From positions 2,710,539 to 2,774,538 of the forward strand of contig OZ241329.1 in NCBI GenBank assembly GCA_965199825.1: a stretch of 64,000 nt of DNA, written 5' to 3'. This stretch comes from Bdellovibrionales bacterium. Its GTDB lineage: Bacteria > Bdellovibrionota > Bdellovibrionia > Bdellovibrionales > UBA1609. The notes under the pieces were generated by a model. That model worked only from the letters and a program-made list of their open reading frames with translations, was not told the DNA's origin and did no database searches. The translations under genes were made by a program, and so were the position numbers. This document shows, piece after piece, positions 1-8,455 of the stretch; within the stretch, counting starts at the first letter, position 1; each line of letters starts with the position of its first letter.

Positions 1-1056
1 TTTATCGGTGGAATTTTATTATCCGATTCAGAATATCGCCATCAACTCGAAGCCGATATCGAGCCGTTTAAGGGACTGTTGCTCGGCTTATTTTTTATCG
101 CCATCGGTATGGGCGTGAACTATGGTTTACTTTTCGAAGAACCCTTTTTTATTTTTTCAACCGTCATTTGCTATATGGGCATCAAAGCCGCAGCCGCATT
201 TTTGGTGGCGCGCTATTTTGGTTTGAACAGACCCGCCTCTCTTGGCCTTGCGATGGTAATCCCTCAAGGCGGCGAATTTGCGTTTGTGATTTTTTCGGTG
301 TGTTTGAATTCGAAATTATTTTCGCAACCGATGAACGACACTCTCAATTTGATTATTGCTTTGTCGATGGCACTCACTCCTCTGTTTGCGCTGTTGCATG
401 ATCAGTACACTCAGCGGGCACGAAAAAAAGAGGTGGCCGAGTTTGATCGGATTCCAAAAGAAAATAATAAGGTCATCATTGCGGGATTTGGTCGATTTGG
501 TCAGATCATCGGCCGAGTCATGCGAATGCTCGAGCTTGATTTCACCGCACTCGAAATCGATTCGGCCCAAGTTGAGGTGTTAAGAAAATTCGGCAGCAAA
601 GTGTATTACGGTGATGCCTCACGGGTTGATCTTTTGACCGCAGCCGGTGCTGACAAAGCAAGATTTATGATTATTTGTATCGACGATGTCGAAAGCTCAA
701 TACAAACGGTGGATGTGGTCCAAACCCATTTTCCAAATTTAAAAATATTTGCTCGCGCCCGAAATCGAAATCATGCTTTTTTACTTCTGGATCGCGGTAT
801 TGAATTGATTTACCGCGAGACCCTTGCCTCCAGTGCTGAGATGGCCGAAGAATTACTGATCGCCATGGGCTATCCCCACGCGGTGGCCAAGGCCAATACC
901 AAACGCTTTCGAGCCCACGATGCCGAAACACTATTAAAGCAACACGCAGTTTATAAAGATGAAAAATTATTGATTCGAACTTCAAAAGAAGCCGCTGAGC
1001 AGTTGATCGATGTCCTCAGATCTGACAAACATGAACCCAGCTTAAGTTCGATCTAG
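1..1056 (+). CDS. K+/H+ antiporter of the KefB/KefC (CPA2) family, C-terminal part; the 5' end lies outside the window
   Basis: Frame 1 is open from base 1 (FIGGILLSDSEYRHQLEADIEPFKGLLLGLFFIAIGM...). These are the last TM helices, followed by a TrkA-N/KTN Rossmann fold (VIIAGFGRFGQIIGRVM). The ORF-track start at 79 is only an internal TTG. Confidence 0.85.
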   Translation, partial: FIGGILLSDSEYRHQLEADIEPFKGLLLGLFFIAIGMGVNYGLLFEEPFFIFSTVICYMGIKAAAAFLVARYFGLNRPASLGLAMVIPQGGEFAFVIFSVCLNSKLFSQPMNDTLNLIIALSMALTPLFALLHDQYTQRARKKEVAEFDRIPKENNKVIIAGFGRFGQIIGRVMRMLELDFTALEIDSAQVEVLRKFGSKVYYGDASRVDLLTAAGADKARFMIICIDDVESSIQTVDVVQTHFPNLKIFARARNRNHAFLLLDRGIELIYRETLASSAEMAEELLIAMGYPHAVAKANTKRFRAHDAETLLKQHAVYKDEKLLIRTSKEAAEQLIDVLRSDKHEPSLSSI

Positions 1057-1176
1057 TTCTCTTGCGCAAGCACGCCGTTTGTACACCACCGGAATTTGAA
1101 TGCAGTCGTCGCGATTGCAAATTCCAAGTGACCTTGAAAATCATTGAACTGTTTGAAGCTGGGCGTAAGCCCGTCG

Positions 1177-1644
1177 CTATTCAGGAGCTTGATTCAAGTA
1201 GTCGGTACGCGTGAGGATCAGTGCTGCAAGCTGGTGCTCATTCTGTATTTCATTTTGCAATCCCGCCTGCTGAAGCATTGCAATCTCAAGATCGGCAACC
1301 TCTTGTACGTCTTTGCCACTCGATGAAATGGGATACTGTGAATTCGAGGAGAGTTTCTCTTTTAATTCCTCCGAAGCTTTGCCGTACTTACGCAAGACCA
1401 CTTCTTTCTTGTTCCAATCGTGCAGGAGCGCTCCAGTCAGCAACAATAAGCCTCCTGTTGCATAGAGCACGGGAGCTAATGTTGCACCGGCTAAACCGAG
1501 GACTGGTATCATCGCAGATCCTGAAGCTGTGCTGCCGCCAACAATTGAGGCTGCTCCCAGCGTCGTCGACGAGACATCAGACGCGTGGACTGTTGCAGAA
1601 AAAAGATCGGTTACAAACAGCGCTATTATTATAAAAGCCTTCAC
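1177..1644 (-). CDS. Hypothetical exported/membrane protein with a Gly/Ala-rich hydrophobic core
   Basis: N-terminal signal peptide MKAFIIIALFVTDLFSATVHA. The GTG start overlaps the upstream stop (GTGA), and AAGGAG lies 5 nt upstream, so it appears translationally coupled to the DUF4105 gene. Confidence 0.6.
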   Translation of the reverse strand: MKAFIIIALFVTDLFSATVHASDVSSTTLGAASIVGGSTASGSAMIPVLGLAGATLAPVLYATGGLLLLTGALLHDWNKKEVVLRKYGKASEELKEKLSSNSQYPISSSGKDVQEVADLEIAMLQQAGLQNEIQNEHQLAALILTRTDYLNQAPE

Positions 1645-2984
1645 ATAATCTCCTTATTCGTTTGTTTATAAAAATAAATTTTATTTACTAAATAATTTTT
1701 TAGCCAAGAAATATTGGACTGTGTTTCAGCAATTTCTTCAACAAAGTAATTGATCTCCGGCACAGAAGAGCAGTTTGCCCAAACTTGCTTTTGCAAACTG
1801 CTCAATGTGGATCGACGAGTCTCAATCTCTAAGTCTGAAATAATTTGTTCTGGATGTGGCACGGTGTCTCCACGAATCAGTCTCAGGTTTGCAGGCAACA
1901 AATCTTTGAGTGCTTTCTTATATTCTCGAGCTAAATCTTTAATCATTGGAGATTGCTGTTGATCCGAGAACAAACAAATTAATGTTTTATTTTTAGCCCT
2001 TCGAACAAGCTGTTGAAGTGTTGATTCTTCAAGTAAAAGTAATTGCGAGGTAGACTCTATGTTTAGCAAACCCTCCGCCACCTTTCTGGTATGAGCAGGA
2101 CTTTTCCAATAACTTGTTAGAGATGACGACTTCGTTATACCGTTAAGCTTGAGCTGCTTTACATAGAGATCAAGATTTTTTTTACGTGAAGCAGATGAGT
2201 TATCAGGTGTGACTCTTGCGCTGGCTTGAAGAGCTGTGAGCAATCGTGATGGAGTCAGCAAGACAGTAGAAACTTTTTGTAAAGGATCATGATCGTCAAA
2301 GGCAATTTGAAGAACCTTTAAAATTTCCGCCGCACAGTTGTTATTGAGAAAACGATAAGGATGGCTGGCAATCCAAAAATATTCAACTAAGGCATAAAAC
2401 ATCAAAGTCTTTTCTTTCTCATTGAGTTTCAAGTTGTATGCTTCATACCCTCGCAATTCCTCAAACCGTTTCTGTCGCTCAAAATCGAATGAGTTGTTAA
2501 AGAAAAGAGCACTTGAGTAACCGCCAACAAGGCCTTCATAAGCAGAAAATGGCTCGCCCGCACTCTGGGCGGCAAAACCCAAATCGTAGCTGTAAGGATT
2601 TTTACATTGCCGATCGTTGCAGAATATAAAGCGCAAAGCGGAATGGCCAAACTGATTGGCAAGCTCTTCGCCTTTTGCCACGATGACATACTGAATTTTG
2701 AAAAGATCGTTGATGTCTAAGCTAACTCTCTCAGCCCGCTGGTCTAACACCATCATTTTTGGGCATAACTCCGTGGCCGATGGATCTGTGGCCATGCGCA
2801 AGAACTCGTAAACAGCTGGTCGATCACATGGGTTTTCGCGCGCCCGCTCTGTGGCTTGCTGAACTTTTTCTCGGCCGTCTGCTAATAAAGCCAATCTATT
2901 TAAGGAGTCAGCTTCTGACGACAAAGTGGCGGTCATGATAATAGAACTGAACGTGACCTTGGCAAATCGAAAAAGAAATTTCAT
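1641..2984 (-). CDS. DUF4105 (Lnb N-terminal periplasmic domain) family protein
   Basis: Signal peptide plus the characteristic FGHSALRF ... YGA/GL.GGY ... NLKLNEKE ... RFLNNNCAAEI pattern of DUF4105 proteins. Confidence 0.7.
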   Translation of the reverse strand: MKFLFRFAKVTFSSIIMTATLSSEADSLNRLALLADGREKVQQATERARENPCDRPAVYEFLRMATDPSATELCPKMMVLDQRAERVSLDINDLFKIQYVIVAKGEELANQFGHSALRFIFCNDRQCKNPYSYDLGFAAQSAGEPFSAYEGLVGGYSSALFFNNSFDFERQKRFEELRGYEAYNLKLNEKEKTLMFYALVEYFWIASHPYRFLNNNCAAEILKVLQIAFDDHDPLQKVSTVLLTPSRLLTALQASARVTPDNSSASRKKNLDLYVKQLKLNGITKSSSLTSYWKSPAHTRKVAEGLLNIESTSQLLLLEESTLQQLVRRAKNKTLICLFSDQQQSPMIKDLAREYKKALKDLLPANLRLIRGDTVPHPEQIISDLEIETRRSTLSSLQKQVWANCSSVPEINYFVEEIAETQSNISWLKNYLVNKIYFYKQTNKEIM

Positions 2985-3366
2985 CCCGCATCGAATACAG
3001 GTGTTCTCTAAACAAATAAAGTTATTATTACTTTCATAGGAGATTTAATTTTTCGGTTTGAAAATTAAAAAACATGCGGAGGCTGATCTTTACTTAGAGT
3101 CGTGCTCGATAGACTTAAGTGTTTACGCAATAAGCAGTTGCACGCGGTTTACAAGAGCGAAATATGTTGATTCGCACCTCAAAAAAAACCATTGAACAAA
3201 TCCCCGAACTTCTCCGCGCAGAAAACTACGAGCCTTAGGTGACTTTGTTTTAGGGTTGGGTTGGGCCTTGATGAGTTTGACATATTGATTCGATAAACCC
3301 GAACCAAACCAGACGTAATGCACTAATTCGATTTGATAAAGTCATCCTGGTAGGTAAAGTAATCTT

Positions 3367-4191
3367 ATGAAGAATATCAAAAAACTCACTGTGCTCTCCT
3401 TATTTTCTATTTTTATTTCACATGGTCCGCAATCTTTTGCTGATGAGGCCTGTTCAATTATAGAGACCGCGCAAGGTGCAACTCCGGTCATCTTTTTTGG
3501 TGGATGGCTTGCTCAGGAGTCAGATGGTCAGAAATGGGCGCAAGCCGCAACTCACTCGGCCAATAAAAGTTGTTCGGGTGCGTACAAGTTTGAGGGTCAT
3601 GGCTTAAATGGAGCAGAAAGCAAAAAGGCTTCTGTTGAAGTAGCGAATGCTCAAGCCATTCAGTCTTGTGTTCAAAAAATCCAAAATTATAAAGGAAAAA
3701 TTAAACTTGTTGGACATTCCGATGGGTCATGGCTAGTGAATGCCATCGTTGATAAACTTGTGGCAGCCGATCGAAAAAAAGTTGAGTTGGTTTTAAAAGA
3801 TGGCAATTTCAAATCTTCTTGGGGTCCACAAGGTCCACCTGCGAACGTGATTTGTGAAACGTCGAGTCCAACAAAAATCGATACCTGTAGCGAGATTCAG
3901 TGGCCCCCTCACAAATCCGATGATCCACCTTACACGACCAACATGATGACCGGAGTTTGTTCAGGAAATTGTCAGCCTCGCGTTTCGGTGTCGCGCGATT
4001 GTCCACAAAATATCTGGCGCACCCATTTCGGTCTTGTGAGCTCAAGCGCTCCGTGCAATTTGACGGTCTCAAAAAATTCAAATTTTAATGCTCAGGTTTA
4101 TAAAGAAAACATGATGACGCCACTAGATTTCTTAGAGTGTGGTTCTTCCGGTTTTAAGGGCAGCGGCAAATCACAGCAGTCGACTCCATAG
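3367..4191 (+). CDS. Secreted Cys-rich protein with a lipase/esterase-like GxSxG elbow
   Basis: Signal peptide (LTVLSLFSIFISHGPQSFA), a VGHSDGS nucleophile-elbow-like motif, and ten Cys in the mature part by my count. Confidence 0.55.
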   Translation: MKNIKKLTVLSLFSIFISHGPQSFADEACSIIETAQGATPVIFFGGWLAQESDGQKWAQAATHSANKSCSGAYKFEGHGLNGAESKKASVEVANAQAIQSCVQKIQNYKGKIKLVGHSDGSWLVNAIVDKLVAADRKKVELVLKDGNFKSSWGPQGPPANVICETSSPTKIDTCSEIQWPPHKSDDPPYTTNMMTGVCSGNCQPRVSVSRDCPQNIWRTHFGLVSSSAPCNLTVSKNSNFNAQVYKENMMTPLDFLECGSSGFKGSGKSQQSTP

Positions 4192-4409
4192 GGCTCGACG
4201 GGAATTTTAGGCAGATATTTGCCAAATTACTCAAAATCTGCCCGCCAGAAAGAATTTCCTTATAAACTCATTTTATTTGCTCCAATTGGGATTTGCGTTG
4301 TCGAAAAGTACAGGATCCTTTACTCGATGCGAAAGGCACGCGGAATTTACCCTTTAGCAGTGCTGCGCCTCAAGAATTTGAAAGCAAACTTTCTTGCACC
4401 CCGTTTCTC

Positions 4410-5015
4410 TCATAAAGTTAGGCTAAATTGCAGCTGGCTCGAAAAAGTTTCTAAAGGTTCACGTCGAGCTGATTTTGAACCCCCTTTCTTACTCCAAAAT
4501 TTCCAAATTTCCTTTCGCCGCAACTGATAAGCCAATCGAGCTTCCATTCCGTAAACAGCTTGTATCTGATTACAAACTAAATATTCATACATTCGAGCTT
4601 CGTCTCTCCCTTTTGAAATAATCCGCGTGAACACCAGGGCATCCCAAAATTTGCCAAACTTTTTTCCTTTTTGAGCTTTAGAAACAATCCGTGCAATTAG
4701 GCCAAGCACGACACGAAGGAAATTTTGAATCATTGGTCGGTTTTGAAATTTTAAGAGAAGATGAAAGTGTGTTCCGACGTTACTAAATTCAGCAATACGC
4801 ACACCGTATACTTTCGCTTTTTCAAAAATTAAATCCTTCAACTGTGTTTGATAATAAAGGCTTTTAAAACTTAATTTGTTCACTGCGTGTTGGGATCTCA
4901 TCACCACATGATGCAGTCGTTTTGGATCAAGAGGTCGGGCGGTTTTACGTTTGCCCGCAGCAGTTCCTCCATGAGATTTACGATTATTTCTTTTAAAAAA
5001 TTCCTGCTGCTTCAT
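4410..5015 (-). CDS. HUH/Y1 single-strand DNA transposase, REP-associated tyrosine transposase (RAYT)/IS200-like
   Basis: HUH motif in GTHFHLLLKF, a downstream catalytic-Tyr region (MYEYLVCNQ), and a basic N-terminus (KSHGGTAAGKRKTARPLDPKR) typical of COG1943-type proteins. No TnpB or second IS gene is adjacent. Confidence 0.7.
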   Translation of the reverse strand: MKQQEFFKRNNRKSHGGTAAGKRKTARPLDPKRLHHVVMRSQHAVNKLSFKSLYYQTQLKDLIFEKAKVYGVRIAEFSNVGTHFHLLLKFQNRPMIQNFLRVVLGLIARIVSKAQKGKKFGKFWDALVFTRIISKGRDEARMYEYLVCNQIQAVYGMEARLAYQLRRKEIWKFWSKKGGSKSARREPLETFSSQLQFSLTL

Positions 5016-5061
5016 TCATGTAAACTATATTTATTTTTAATAAAAATCAATGAAATGAATT

Positions 5062-5443
5062 GGGCAATGTCATTTATCAATTAAGATTTTGAGGAATGTA
5101 GACGTTTTTGAAATACAATTTATTTCTAGAGGGTCGATGTTAAAAGCTATTTAAGTTTATTTCCGTAGTCATTTTTGAAAATCTTTATCCGGGGCAGTGT
5201 CATTTGTGAATGAGAACTTGAAAAGTCTCAACCTTCGCAAGGTTCAAAATTTAATACCGAAGTAGCAAGCAGAGCTTGTAAACTATTTCTGGTCACCAAT
5301 TCTTTTAGAGAGCTCATAGGCGGGGCAATGTCATTTCTCAATTTCGATTTTAAAAATATCTTTCTGAAGTAGTAAGAAGAGACTATAAACTAATTCAATT
5401 TACGTTTACCGAAAGCGATCCCACAGGCGGGGCAGTGTCACTT
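5062..5443 (+). repeat. Four copies of the box GGGCARTGTCAYTT (extended CAYAGGCGGGGCARTGTCAYTT) heading degenerate tandem units
   Basis: Boxes at 5062-5075, 5192-5205, 5323-5336 and 5430-5443, spaced 130, 131 and 107 bp. Units 2 and 3 also share GAAGTAG.AAG.AGAG...T.TAAACTA.TTC. Confidence 0.8.
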
Positions 5444-5444
5444 G

Positions 5445-5705
5445 AACCCCCGTTCGAACGCCCAACCTCGAAGCCCCGATCAAAACCCCCGATCAAACCC
5501 CCGCACAAAACCCCCGCACAAAACCCCGATCAAACGCCCAACCTCAAACCCCCAACCTCGAACGCCCAATCTCAAACCCCCTCCTCGAACCCCAGCTCAA
5601 AACCCCCGATCGAGCCTCCGTTCGAACCCCCACGGAAAGTCACCGACAAAATCAGCAGCCACAAAATAATCCGAGACATCAACCACCGCCTCCACCACAA
5701 AAAAT
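5445..5705 (+). repeat. A/C-rich, G/T-poor low-complexity tract made of degenerate ~12-13 nt units (GATCAAAACCCCC / GCACAAAACCCCC / CGAACGCCCAACCT)
   Basis: Read directly from the sequence: about ten C4-C5 runs separated by short A-rich spacers. By hand count, A+C is roughly four fifths of the bases. The tract coincides with ORF 5435..5707 (Pro/Lys/Ser-rich, GTG start). Confidence 0.85.
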
Positions 5706-5723
5706 AGTGACCTCCGCTCAAAT

Positions 5724-6383
5724 TTGAAAAATAATAGGCAATTGAATAATCCAAAACTTTGCCCCCTCTGCAAAACCGCCCAAAATGAGCGTCTCGAAAC
5801 ACGCACATCAACTTATTTTGTTTGCTTCACTTGTGATTTGCATTTTCAAGATCCACAGAATCATCTCAATGCGAGCGCTGAAAAAGAGCGCTATTTGCTC
5901 CACAACAACGATCCCACTGACATAAGATACCAAGATTTTGTGAGGCCAGCCCTCAACCAAATTCTTGAGCGCTGTCCGCCATCGGCAAAGGGGTTGGATT
6001 TTGGTGCGGGCAAAAGTGCGGTACTCACCAGGATGTTGCGCGAAAACAATTATCACATTGAGCTTTATGATCCATTTTTTTGGACCGACGAATCGGTTCT
6101 GCAAAATAAATATGATTTTGTTTGTGCGTGCGAGGTGGTGGAGCATTTTTTTGATCCCGCCAAAGAATTCTCAAAATTGAAACAGCTGCTCCAAAAAAAT
6201 GGGGTTTTGGTATTGATGACTCTCTTAAAATTGCCAGAGCAGGATTTTGCCAGCTGGTATTACATCAAGGATCCAACCCATGTGGTTTTTTATTCGGCCA
6301 AAACATTTCAATTTATTGTAGATCAGTTCGGGTTTGCAAAACTTGAGGTCGTATCACCTCGGCTTGTGGTCTTAAGTGCTTAG
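5724..6383 (+). CDS. Class I SAM-dependent methyltransferase with an N-terminal zinc ribbon
   Basis: CPLC...CFTC zinc-ribbon pair, then SAM motif I LDFGAGKSAVLTRML and an acidic post-I residue (LYDPF). TTG start at 5724 (alternative TTG at 5742). Confidence 0.75.
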   Translation: MKNNRQLNNPKLCPLCKTAQNERLETRTSTYFVCFTCDLHFQDPQNHLNASAEKERYLLHNNDPTDIRYQDFVRPALNQILERCPPSAKGLDFGAGKSAVLTRMLRENNYHIELYDPFFWTDESVLQNKYDFVCACEVVEHFFDPAKEFSKLKQLLQKNGVLVLMTLLKLPEQDFASWYYIKDPTHVVFYSAKTFQFIVDQFGFAKLEVVSPRLVVLSA

Positions 6384-8264
6384 CAATTGCTCGAGCTCTT
6401 CCCACCGGGTGTACTTACTCGACAATTCTTTTTCTAAATTTTTTTGCAGAGCCACCAATTCTTTCACCGCCGCGCCATCGGCATACACTTTGGTCAGTTG
6501 AGTTTGCACATCGAGCTGTTGGGCTTCGCTCTCGGCAATTTGTTTTTCGAGTTTTTCTTTTTCGCGTAACAGCTGGCGCTGCTGATTTTTTTCGCGCGGC
6601 TTTTTCTGCACGCTCGCTTCGGGCGCAGCGTTGCCCTGATCTTTTGCTAATTGATTGGAAGCCTCACGAATTTTGCGCGCCAAATATTCAGGGTATGTCG
6701 CTGTGGAATGAATCACCAGTGAACCCTCAGGTGTTGGCTCGATTTCTAAAACGCTATCCACCAGTGGCGTTACAAAATCGCGATCATGCGAAACCAAACA
6801 TAAGGTACCATCGTAATCTTGCAAGGCTTCAAGTAAAACCCCGCGCGATTCCACATCCAAATGGTTGGTCGGCTCATCCAGTACTAAAAAATTCGCAGGA
6901 GCTAAGAGTAATTTTGCAAGTGCTACGCGCGCTTTTTCGCCGCCCGATAAAACTCCACAACGCTTTTGAACCGCATCGCCCGAAAACAAAAAAGCTCCGG
7001 CAATCGCACGCACGTTAGCAACCGGCATATCGGGAGCCGTATTTTCCAATTCCTGCACGACCGTATTGTTCATATTGAGAGTTTCGGCCTGCATCTGTGA
7101 GTAATAACCGACCTGAACTTGGTGACCCAATTTAATTTCGCCCGAGGTGGGTTGAACTTGTTGGGCCAACATTTTCAATAAGGTTGTCTTACCTGCACCA
7201 TTCACACCAACGATTGCGGTGCGGGTGCCTTTTCGAATCAGCCAGTTCAAATCACGAAATAATTTTTTGGATTCAAATTTCATTGCGGCGTCTTTCACAA
7301 TCACAATATCTTTTCCACAATGGGGAACTGGCGGAAATCGAAAATTGACGGTGGCCCGCGCTTCTGGAAGTTCGATGCGGTCCATTTTTTCTAAAGTTTT
7401 TAATTTACTCTGGGCCTGCCGAGCTTTACTGGCCTTGGCTCCAAAGCGACTCACAAAGGCTTCGACTTCGGCGATCTTGGCCTGTTGCCCCGCATACTGA
7501 GCACGCATGATTTCGAGTCGCTCTGCTTTTTGAATGGTGTAGGAATCAAGATTTCCGGTGTAGCTCCACAATCTTTTTTGATCGATCTCTAAAACCTCGG
7601 TCACAAGCCGATTTAAAAATGCAATATCGTGACTGATCACCAACATCGCACCGCGAGAGTTTTGCAAAAACTCTTCAAGCCACAAAAGGGATTCGAGATC
7701 CAAGTGATTGGTTGGCTCATCGAGCAGTAACAGATCGGGATCCATCAACAAAATGCGCGAGAGTGCGACCCGCATCAACCATCCACCGCTAAATTCGGTA
7801 AGTGATCTTGAGAAATCTTTTTCGCCAAATCCCATTCCGCTCAAAATAGTTTTTGCGCGCGATTCAAGCCGATACTCATCAAGATGCTCAAGCTCTTCTA
7901 AAATTCGGCCGTAGCGTTCGAGTTGTTTTTCATCCACGTCTTTTTCAAATAAAATTTCGAGCTCGGCCTTTGCGAGAAGTAACCCCTCTCTGCGACCATC
8001 CATACGCAGCGTCTCTGCCAATACGGTACGGCCCGACATTTTGGGCACCTCTTGAGGCAGATAACCAATTGCCAAGTGCGAGGTTCTTGCAACCTGCCCC
8101 GAGTCTGGCTCGTCAAAGCCCATCAAAATTTTAATTAAGGTGCTTTTGCCAGCACCATTTGGGCCAATCAGGGCGGTGCGTGAACGAAACCCGATATGCG
8201 CATTGGCATCTTCAAAAAGAGTTTTGGGTCCGTACTGTTTACTTATATTTTGGATGTGAAGCAT
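6372..8264 (-). CDS. ABC-F family ATPase (Uup/YheS-like translation factor type)
   Basis: Two ABC cassettes (GPNGAGKST / GVNGAGKTT Walker A; FSGGWLMRVAL / LSGGEKARVAL signatures), no TM domain, and a C-terminal coiled-coil tail. Confidence 0.9.
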   Translation of the reverse strand: MLHIQNISKQYGPKTLFEDANAHIGFRSRTALIGPNGAGKSTLIKILMGFDEPDSGQVARTSHLAIGYLPQEVPKMSGRTVLAETLRMDGRREGLLLAKAELEILFEKDVDEKQLERYGRILEELEHLDEYRLESRAKTILSGMGFGEKDFSRSLTEFSGGWLMRVALSRILLMDPDLLLLDEPTNHLDLESLLWLEEFLQNSRGAMLVISHDIAFLNRLVTEVLEIDQKRLWSYTGNLDSYTIQKAERLEIMRAQYAGQQAKIAEVEAFVSRFGAKASKARQAQSKLKTLEKMDRIELPEARATVNFRFPPVPHCGKDIVIVKDAAMKFESKKLFRDLNWLIRKGTRTAIVGVNGAGKTTLLKMLAQQVQPTSGEIKLGHQVQVGYYSQMQAETLNMNNTVVQELENTAPDMPVANVRAIAGAFLFSGDAVQKRCGVLSGGEKARVALAKLLLAPANFLVLDEPTNHLDVESRGVLLEALQDYDGTLCLVSHDRDFVTPLVDSVLEIEPTPEGSLVIHSTATYPEYLARKIREASNQLAKDQGNAAPEASVQKKPREKNQQRQLLREKEKLEKQIAESEAQQLDVQTQLTKVYADGAAVKELVALQKNLEKELSSKYTRWEELEQLLST

Positions 8265-8455
8265 ACATAAGCTCCTAACACTTTCGCCCGGTCTTCGCCA
8301 CCCTCGATATGCTGAGGCCCATTTGGGACCAAGCCTCTCATTTAATACCTTCGTTCACCTACAAATTAAAGAACTGGATAAAATCCTTAACCTTGGTCGT
8401 AAATCTGTTAGGCTCGAGTCAAAAGCACAGGTCAATCCCCCAACGGAAGTTTTTG

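Noticed and set aside
4219-4527. ORF 4219..4527(+) at the 3' side of the transposase gene, and ORF 3123..3323(-) in the 3-kb intergenic region
   Set aside because: Both have non-ATG starts, no RBS and basic low-complexity translations. The first overlaps the transposase gene's 3' end. I consider them non-coding.
5062-5443. Possible CRISPR array (regularly spaced repeats near a transposase gene)
   Set aside because: The conserved core is only about 14-22 nt and the intervening sequences are about 90-115 nt. These 'spacers' are themselves partly homologous to each other, and no cas genes are in the window. This is a degenerate tandem duplication, not a CRISPR array.
6372-6383. 12-nt convergent overlap of the methyltransferase and ABC-F genes
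   Set aside because: Short 3'-end overlaps of convergent genes are common in compact genomes, and no additional signal was seen.
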